32,000 bases of DNA from an uncultured archaeon (lineage in GTDB: Archaea > Micrarchaeota > Micrarchaeia > Micrarchaeales > CABMGC01). The stretch is taken from assembly GCA_963704435.1 (NCBI GenBank), contig OY969902.1, positions 480,001-512,000 on the forward strand, given 5' to 3'. Below, one piece after another: positions 26,052 to 32,000 of the stretch (the first letter of the stretch is position 1; every line of letters starts with the position of its first letter). Under the pieces are notes generated by a model, which did no database searches, was not told the DNA's origin, and worked only from the letters and a program-made list of their open reading frames with translations. A program made the translations under genes and the position numbers.

Positions 26052-28595
26052 ATGCAAGCGGAGATAATAGACAGCATAAAGTTCGGCATATTCGCGCCGG
26101 AGCAGATGAAGAAGCTCAGCGTGGCGAAGCTCACCGTCCCGGACACCTACAACGAGGACGGCTACCCGATAGACGGCGGGCTGCTGGACCAGAGGCTGGG
26201 GGTCATAGACCCGGGGCTGGTGTGCAAGACCTGCGGAGGCAGGAACAAGAACTGCCCGGGCCACTTCGGCCACATCGAGCTCGTGAGGCCGGTCGTGCAT
26301 TCCGAATTCGCGAAGATAATCAACATGCTCCTGCAGGCGACGTGCCAGGACTGCCAGAGGATACTCCTGAACAACGACCAGATAGCCACGTTCAAGCTAG
26401 AGGTCGAGAAGGAGCTGGCCGGCGAGAGCGGGAACAAGGAGGGCGGGGAGACGCACGCCGAGCAGACCATGCTGAGGCGGATAAAGAGCGTCAAGAAGTG
26501 CCCGCACTGCGGCGTGGTGCAGGAGAAGCTGAAGTTCTCGGCGCCGACATACTTCTACCTTGGCGACAGGAGGCTCAAGCCCGATGAGCTCCGGGACATG
26601 CTAGCCAAGATAAGCGACGAAGACCTCCTGATACTGGGCATAGATCCCAAGACCAGCAGGTCGGAGTGGTTCATACTGGACACGCTGCTGGTCCCGCCGG
26701 TTGACGTGAGGCCCTCGATAACGCTGGAGACCGGAGAGAGGAGCGAGGACGACCTGACGCACAAGCTCGTGGACATAATGAGGATAAACCAGAGGCTGGA
26801 GCAGAACATCAACGCGGGCGCGCCGCAGATAATCATAGACGACCTGTGGGAGCTGCTGCAGTACCACGTCACCACCTACTTCAACAACGAGACCAGCGGC
26901 ATACCTCCCGCCAGGCACAGGAGCGGCAGGGCGCTGAAGACCATAGCGCAGAGGCTGAAGGGCAAGGAGGGCAGGTTCAGGTACAACCTGAGCGGCAAGA
27001 GGGTCAACTACTCCGCGAGGACGGTCATAAGCGTAGACCCGTACATAGACATAGACGAGGTCGGGATACCGTCGGCCATAGCCGAGAAGATGACCGTGCC
27101 GTTCTACGTGACCGAGTGGAACATCGAGGAGGCGAAGCGCCTGCTCGAGAAGAACGACTACCCGATGGTCGTGAACATCATAATGCCCGACGGCAAGAGG
27201 AAGAGGATGCTCGAGACCAACAAGGAGGAGATGGTCAAGGAGGTCAGGCCGGGCTACATACTCGAGAGGCAGCTGCAGGACGGGGACATCGCCCTGTTCA
27301 ACAGGCAGCCGTCGCTGCACAGGATGAGCATAATGGCCCACCGCATACGCGTCATGGGCGGCAAGACCTACAGGATAAACTACTGCGCGACCGCGCCGTA
27401 CGGGGCAGACTTCGACGGGGACGAGATGAACCTCCACATACCACAGACGCTGGAGGCGCAGGCCGAGGCCAGGTACCTGATGGAGGTCAACGAGCAGATA
27501 TTCTCGCCCAGGGACGGGGCTGCGATAATAGCGAACGGGCAGGACGGGGTCATAGGACTCTACCTGCTCACGCAGGACGACACCTACCTGGACAGGGACG
27601 AGGCGACATACCTGCTGAGCCTAGGTGGGATAAGGGAGCTGCCGAAGGAGGCGAAGGGCGGGAAGTACAAGGGCAAGGACATATTCTCCATGTTCCTTCC
27701 GGAGGGCATCAACTACGAGTTCACAAGGAAGAAGGAGAAGTTCGTGATCAAGAACGGGCGGCTCGTCGAGGGGGTCGTCACTAAGTCGATAATCGGGCAG
27801 GGCAGCGGCCTGTTCGTCGCCATAGCCGAGCAGTACGGGTTCGACGCGCTCAGCCAGTTCCTCTCGAAGTTCTCGAGGGTCGCGGACGCGTGCGCAACGT
27901 TCTTCGGGATGACCATAGGGGTCAAGGACTACCTGATCAGCGACGTCGCGGAGGCGGAGAGGAAGAAGCTGCTGGCCGAGACCGAGAAGAAGGTCGAGGA
28001 CCTCATAACATCGTACAAGACGGGCAAGCTGGAGCCGCTGCTGGGATACACGCTCAAGCAGTCGCTGGAGAGGATGATAGTCGCCGAGTTGGACATCGCG
28101 AGGGACAGCTCAGGCGGAATACTGCTGCGCACCACGAACCCGAGCAACTCAACCATCCTCATGTCGGTCTCCGGGGCCAGGGGCAGCATGCTGAACTTCA
28201 TACAGATGAGCATGATGCTCGGGCAGCAGGCGCCGCTGGGAGGAGGGAGGATCCGCAGGGGCTACTACACCCGGAGGGTCATACCCCACGTGAGGCCGAG
28301 GTCGATGCTGCCCAAGGCGAGGGGATTCATAACCAGCAACTTCTCGGACGGGCTCAACCCGATAGAGATGATGATGCACGCGATAGGAGCGAGGAGCTCG
28401 GTCATACACAAGGGTCTCCTGACCCCGAAGAGCGGCTACCTGGAGAGGAGGCTCGTGAACGCTCTGCAGGACTACTACGTCTATGCGGACGGGAGCGTCA
28501 GGGACGTCGGGAACAACATGATACAGACCATATACGGAGGCGACTCCACGGACCCGACGAGGGTCGAGTTCGCGAAGGCCGGAAAGGGAGATTGA
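26052..28595 (+). CDS. rpoA1: DNA-directed RNA polymerase subunit A'
   Basis: 847 aa; active-site YGADFDGDEMNLHIPQTLEAQAEA, zinc motifs CKTCGGRNKNCPGHFGH and CPHCG. Confidence 0.97.
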   Translation: MQAEIIDSIKFGIFAPEQMKKLSVAKLTVPDTYNEDGYPIDGGLLDQRLGVIDPGLVCKTCGGRNKNCPGHFGHIELVRPVVHSEFAKIINMLLQATCQDCQRILLNNDQIATFKLEVEKELAGESGNKEGGETHAEQTMLRRIKSVKKCPHCGVVQEKLKFSAPTYFYLGDRRLKPDELRDMLAKISDEDLLILGIDPKTSRSEWFILDTLLVPPVDVRPSITLETGERSEDDLTHKLVDIMRINQRLEQNINAGAPQIIIDDLWELLQYHVTTYFNNETSGIPPARHRSGRALKTIAQRLKGKEGRFRYNLSGKRVNYSARTVISVDPYIDIDEVGIPSAIAEKMTVPFYVTEWNIEEAKRLLEKNDYPMVVNIIMPDGKRKRMLETNKEEMVKEVRPGYILERQLQDGDIALFNRQPSLHRMSIMAHRIRVMGGKTYRINYCATAPYGADFDGDEMNLHIPQTLEAQAEARYLMEVNEQIFSPRDGAAIIANGQDGVIGLYLLTQDDTYLDRDEATYLLSLGGIRELPKEAKGGKYKGKDIFSMFLPEGINYEFTRKKEKFVIKNGRLVEGVVTKSIIGQGSGLFVAIAEQYGFDALSQFLSKFSRVADACATFFGMTIGVKDYLISDVAEAERKKLLAETEKKVEDLITSYKTGKLEPLLGYTLKQSLERMIVAELDIARDSSGGILLRTTNPSNSTILMSVSGARGSMLNFIQMSMMLGQQAPLGGGRIRRGYYTRRVIPHVRPRSMLPKARGFITSNFSDGLNPIEMMMHAIGARSSVIHKGLLTPKSGYLERRLVNALQDYYVYADGSVRDVGNNMIQTIYGGDSTDPTRVEFAKAGKGD

Positions 28596-28596
28596 C

Positions 28597-29649
28597 ATGG
28601 CGAAGAAGTTCGATTCCAACATAAACGTGCATGCGGGGGAGCCAGTGGGCGTGCTCGCGGCCCAGTCCATAGGGGAGCCAGGAACGCAGATGATCCTGAA
28701 GGTCTTCCACTTCGCGGGAATAGCGTCCACCATAACCACGTCGGGGCTTCCCAGGATAGTCGAGCTCCTGGACGCGAAGAAGAGGCCGACGACGCCGTTC
28801 TCCTCCATAAGGCTCACGGACAGCGCCAAGAAGGACTTCTCGAAGGCCGAGGAGATCGCGAAGAGGATAAGCGAGGTCAGGATGGGTGACATATCGCACC
28901 GGGCGGTGGAGAACTTCTCCAAGGGCAGGATACAGATACTGCTGGACGCCCAGGCGCTCAGGGCGGCGGAGCTGACGCCCAGGCAGGTCGCGGCAAAGGT
29001 GTCAAAGGCATTCGACCTCGAGGCCGAGGTCACCGAGAACGGGAACATCGAGGTCAAGACGCGCACGCAGAGCATGAGCGAGATCAGGGGCATCGCGGTC
29101 AAGCTGATGGATGCGCTTGTGAGCGGCGTGGAGGGCGCGGGAAGGGCCATGGTCGTGCAGGACAGGGCGACGGGCGAGTTCTACATCGAGTCGGCGGGGA
29201 GCAGCATAGAGGCGATGCTCGGCGTGGACGGCGTGGACAAGTCGAAGATCTACACCAACGACGTGTTCGAGATGAACAGGGTCTTCGGCATCGAGGCGGC
29301 GAGGAACACGCTGGCCAAGGAGCTGAAGGACACCATAGAGGGACAGGGCATAACGATCAGCTCCAGGCACCTGCTGCTCGTGGCGGACGCGATGACGTCG
29401 CAGGGGAAGATAGAGAGCATCGGCAGGCACGGCCTAGTCGGAGGAAAGGAGTCGGTCCTGGCGAGGGCGGCGTTCGAGGAGACGGTGAAGCACCTGATAA
29501 ACGCGGCGGCGTTCGGCGAGGTCGACATGCTCAGGGGAGTCACGGAGAACATACTCATAGGCAAGCAGATACCGCTGGGAACGGGAACGGTGAAGCTGAT
29601 GGTGAAGAGGGAGGAGGAAGGAAAGAAGAAGGCAAAGGGCAAGGGCTAG
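28597..29649 (+). CDS. rpoA2: DNA-directed RNA polymerase subunit A''
   Basis: 350 aa; PVGVLAAQSIGEPGTQMILKVFHFAGIA, FSSIRLTDSAKKDF; TFGVT-like GEVDMLRGVTENILIGKQIPLGTG. Confidence 0.96.
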   Translation: MAKKFDSNINVHAGEPVGVLAAQSIGEPGTQMILKVFHFAGIASTITTSGLPRIVELLDAKKRPTTPFSSIRLTDSAKKDFSKAEEIAKRISEVRMGDISHRAVENFSKGRIQILLDAQALRAAELTPRQVAAKVSKAFDLEAEVTENGNIEVKTRTQSMSEIRGIAVKLMDALVSGVEGAGRAMVVQDRATGEFYIESAGSSIEAMLGVDGVDKSKIYTNDVFEMNRVFGIEAARNTLAKELKDTIEGQGITISSRHLLLVADAMTSQGKIESIGRHGLVGGKESVLARAAFEETVKHLINAAAFGEVDMLRGVTENILIGKQIPLGTGTVKLMVKREEEGKKKAKGKG

Positions 29650-29688
29650 AGCGGAGAAATCCAGTTTAATTTTTTATTTGATGGTGGT

Positions 29689-29919
29689 TTGATGCAGACG
29701 GAAAGGCCTTTCGACCTGCTGAACAAGTCCATAGGCAGGAAGGTAATGATACGGCTGAAGAACGGGATAAGGATGAGGGGCAAGGTCTCCTCGTTCGACC
29801 TGCACATGAACATGGTGCTGGAGGACGTCGAGGAGCTGGGGGACGACGGCGACTCCAAGGCGAAGCTCGGGACAATCCTGCTCCGCGGCGGGAACATAAT
29901 CTTCATCTCGCCTGTATAG
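29689..29919 (+). CDS. LSm/Sm-like archaeal RNA-binding protein
   Basis: RPFDLLNKSIGRKVMIRLKNGIRMRGKVSSFDLHMNMVLEDVEEL..LGTILLRGGNIIFISP. Confidence 0.92.
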   Translation: MMQTERPFDLLNKSIGRKVMIRLKNGIRMRGKVSSFDLHMNMVLEDVEELGDDGDSKAKLGTILLRGGNIIFISPV

Positions 29920-29975
29920 CTGTTGCGCCCGCGGCCGGGCGAACGGCGGCAAGGGAGTCGCTCCTTACCTACTAC

Positions 29976-29984
29976 AATATAAAT
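29976..29984 (+). promoter_or_regulatory. TATA box for tRNA-Ala
   Basis: aatataaat about 29 nt before the mature tRNA 5' end. Confidence 0.55.
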
Positions 29985-30008
29985 GAAAAATGACGATAAG
30001 ATAAAGTT

Positions 30009-30108
30009 GGGCTCCTAGCGTAACGGTAGCGCGCCTGCATGGCATGCAGGAGGTTGCGGGTTCGAATGGGTCCGGTCCGCCGGGTCCACGAAAATCCCGC
30101 GGAGTCCA
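30009..30108 (+). tRNA. tRNA-Ala(GGC) with a 28-nt T-loop intron (30067..30094)
   Basis: Acceptor GGGCTCC/GGAGTCC with G3:U70 identity pair, anticodon arm CCTGC-ATGGCAT-GCAGG (GGC at 30041-30043), T arm GCGGG-TTCGAA[intron]T-CCCGC. Confidence 0.92.
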
Positions 30109-30204
30109 TCTTTTCGTTTACTGTACAGAGAACCACGCATTCACTGTGGTTCCGTCTCCCTGTGAGCTTAGAATTTGAACTGCAAGAAAACGTCGGGCAA
30201 CAAG

Positions 30205-30699
30205 TCAATTCCGTCTCTTCTCCTTGATTTGCAAATTCTGCTTTTGCGCGACATGCGCTTTCAAGATCTTGGAAAGCTCCGGGATCGACGTCGCGGTTCC
30301 CCCACTGCTCTTGAGGGGCACCGCCAGCATCGGATTGTCATTTCCTCCGATAAGGGTTCTGACGTCAGTCTTCAGGCCTATTAGGTGCTTTCCGTAGGCA
30401 CAGGCCATCCCCAGCTCGTAGGCCGCCCCCTCGTCCGGCACCCTCCCGTCATAGACCATGACGACGATGTCCGTTTCCTTGAGTTTCCTCACGTCCAAAG
30501 CGAATATCATTTCCTTTGCCTTGTCCTCCGCGATGCCCTGTTCCAGCAGATCGGACAGTCTAAGCCCGTCCCTTTGCGGCAGAAAGGTGTCTATGCCCGC
30601 TTCCCTCACACAGGCATCCACCTTCTCGTTGAACTCCAGCTCTCCCTGCGAGAACAGCGGGCCCGCGATGTACGCTTTCATGTTTTCCCCACCCTCCAC
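30205..30699 (-). CDS. Nucleoside 2-deoxyribosyltransferase family protein
   Basis: MKAYIAGPLFSQGELEFNEKVDACVREAGIDTFLPQRDG...DIVVMVYDGRVPDEGAAYELGMACAYGKHLIGLKTD. Internal ATG at 30681 is a likely start. Confidence 0.85.
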   Translation of the reverse strand: MEGGENMKAYIAGPLFSQGELEFNEKVDACVREAGIDTFLPQRDGLRLSDLLEQGIAEDKAKEMIFALDVRKLKETDIVVMVYDGRVPDEGAAYELGMACAYGKHLIGLKTDVRTLIGGNDNPMLAVPLKSSGGTATSIPELSKILKAHVAQKQNLQIKEKRRN

Positions 30700-30788
30700 G
30701 ACGCCCCCAGAAGTAGAATCGTCAAGGAATAAAAATTCTCATCTTCGAATCTTTTACCAAGGGGCTGAAATGCACAAACAGTCTAATC

Positions 30789-30807
30789 TTTCAACATTTA
30801 GTTGAAA
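30789..30807. promoter_or_regulatory. Inverted repeat upstream of the HTH/grpE promoter
   Basis: TTTCAAC-ATTTA-GTTGAAA, 7-bp perfect arms, just upstream of TATA-like gatatttaaatattta (30818-30832). Confidence 0.5.
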
Positions 30808-30849
30808 TAAACGAAAGATATTTAAATATTTAGACATAATATAGTAAGC

Positions 30850-31344
30850 ATGCATTCCGAGGAGCGCATAATAATAAGGTCCATCGCCAAGCCTACTGCG
30901 GACAGCGTGGAGGAGCTGACTTTCTGGTTCTGCAGGGCGTTCGACCTCGCCTCAGGCGGCGAGGCCCTCGAGCCCAGCCTGTTCAAGGAGATCGTGAGCG
31001 CCAGCGTGGAGGGCACCGGCGTCACGAGCAAGGAGCTCAATGACCGGCTCGCCGTGCCGCGGACCACAGTCATCTACCACCTCAACAGGTTCATAGGCTC
31101 CGGGCTCGTTGTCCGGAAAGGTCGGAAGTACTTCCTGCGCTCCGAGGACATGGAGAGCACGATAGAGGAGCTCCAGGCTGACATGACCCGCGAGTTCAGC
31201 CGCATGCTCGCTTTCGCTGAGAAATTTGACGAGATACTGGCAGGCGATGCCGCCGCCATCGGAAGGAGGAGAATAAATGCCGAAAGACAAAGAACCGAAG
31301 GAAAACGGAGAGTCGAAGCAAACAGCAACCGGAGAAAGCGCTGA
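30850..31344 (+). CDS. HTH transcriptional regulator (winged-helix type), probable regulator of the chaperone operon
   Basis: GTGVTSKELNDRLAVPRTTVIYHLNRFIGSGLVVRKGRKYFLRSEDMESTIEEL; upstream of grpE. Confidence 0.7.
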   Translation: MHSEERIIIRSIAKPTADSVEELTFWFCRAFDLASGGEALEPSLFKEIVSASVEGTGVTSKELNDRLAVPRTTVIYHLNRFIGSGLVVRKGRKYFLRSEDMESTIEELQADMTREFSRMLAFAEKFDEILAGDAAAIGRRRINAERQRTEGKRRVEANSNRRKR

Positions 31345-31786
31345 ATCCCCCCAGGTGGCGGAGCTGAAGGACAGGCTGCTGAGGCTCGCCGCCGAGTTCG
31401 ACAACTACAAGAAGCGCGTCGCCAGGGACATCGACTCAGCGAAGACGCTGGGGAAGGCGGAGCTCATGCGGGGCATGGTGCCGGTGCTGGACGAGTTCGA
31501 GCTCGCGATAAACGCGAAGGGCCTCGACGACGAGTCCGCCAGGGGCATCGAGCTCGTATATTCCAACCTCATGGAATCCCTGAAACGGGAGGGCCTTAGG
31601 ACCGTCGAGGTGGACGGGAAGTTCGACCCGTTCAGGCACGAGATCGTGCTGACTCGGGAAAGTAACGAGGAAGACGGCGTGATCATCGGAGTGGTGCGGA
31701 AGGGCTACGCGCTTGGCGACCTGCTGATAAGGCCAGCGTCTGTTATCGTTTCAAAGAAGTTTATAGAGAAAGGTGAATCAAAATGA
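31277..31786 (+). CDS. grpE: Co-chaperone GrpE
   Basis: LLRLAAEFDNYKKRVARDIDSAKTLGKAELMRGMVPVLDEFELAI..FDPFRHEIVL..GVVRKGYALGDLLIRPASVIVSK; aaggagga SD upstream. Confidence 0.95.
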   Translation: MPKDKEPKENGESKQTATGESAESPQVAELKDRLLRLAAEFDNYKKRVARDIDSAKTLGKAELMRGMVPVLDEFELAINAKGLDDESARGIELVYSNLMESLKREGLRTVEVDGKFDPFRHEIVLTRESNEEDGVIIGVVRKGYALGDLLIRPASVIVSKKFIEKGESK

Positions 31787-32000
31787 ATAATTCAGATTTC
31801 GCACAATCAATGCAGGAAATTTCAAAAATCAGAGAATATGGCAATTTCCAAACCATAAAAAATAGAATTGGCGAAACGAAATTAAAGAATTCGTTGCTTA
31901 CTCTTTATCCAAAGTATACGATAAAGGAGATAGAATCAATTACGGGTATTGCGGATTCCACTTTAGCGAGATGGTTTAAATATTTCGGCATATTCCCAGA
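31783..32000 (+). CDS. AT-rich ORF with HTH-like N-terminal region, truncated by the window end
   Basis: Manual translation MNNSDFAQSMQEISKIREYGNFQTIKNRIGETKLKNSLLTLYPKYTIKEIESITGIADSTLARWFKYFGIFP..; start overlaps the grpE stop as ATGA; no stop to the edge. Confidence 0.6.
   Translation, partial: MNNSDFAQSMQEISKIREYGNFQTIKNRIGETKLKNSLLTLYPKYTIKEIESITGIADSTLARWFKYFGIFP

Noticed and set aside
24014-26146. 710-aa minus-strand ORF opposite rpoB''/rpoB'
   Set aside because: Shadow ORF: the plus strand has unmistakable RNA polymerase motifs throughout; the antisense product is low-complexity and resembles no family.
26846-28624. Plus-strand ORFs 26846..27784 and 27890..28624 in another frame inside rpoA'
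   Set aside because: Arg/Gly/His-rich frame-shifted readings of high-GC coding sequence; no independent start context or motif.
1-32000. CRISPR array, transposase, integrase or rRNA operon
   Set aside because: Looked for repeat/spacer periodicity and recombinase signatures; none seen by eye.

Overview
Archaeal window, probably from a DPANN or Micrarchaeota-like lineage; that placement is an inference from gene content, TATA-type promoters and start-codon usage. Supported content: an rnp1-to-S5 ribosomal cluster, an RNA polymerase cluster (rpoH-rpoB''-rpoB'-rpoA'-rpoA''), a TATA-preceded orphan 5S rRNA, isoprenoid genes (type 2 IPP isomerase and a polyprenyl synthase), L11, Spt5, a Trm5-like methyltransferase, DUF373, an LSm protein and GrpE. 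Less ordinary features are: (1) two tRNA genes with very small introns at non-anticodon positions, tRNA-Leu(UAA) with about 18 nt in the D-loop and tRNA-Ala(GGC) with 28 nt in the T-loop, both with bulge-helix-bulge geometry; (2) a compact [NiFe] hydrogenase pair (large plus a short small subunit) convergent with HypC-like and maturation-protease-like genes, including a protein with an internal HypC-like domain; (3) an AbiE-like toxin/antitoxin pair in reversed order behind a strong inverted-repeat promoter, flanked by an intact ferredoxin gene and a degenerate 66-bp copy of the ferredoxin 3' end; (4) a large pilin-signal surface protein; (5) an HTH gene overlapping grpE, followed by an AT-rich HTH ORF running off the window. 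I found no CRISPR array. I do not claim a wholly new defence system. The AbiE/ferredoxin scar and the hydrogenase locus are the best leads.
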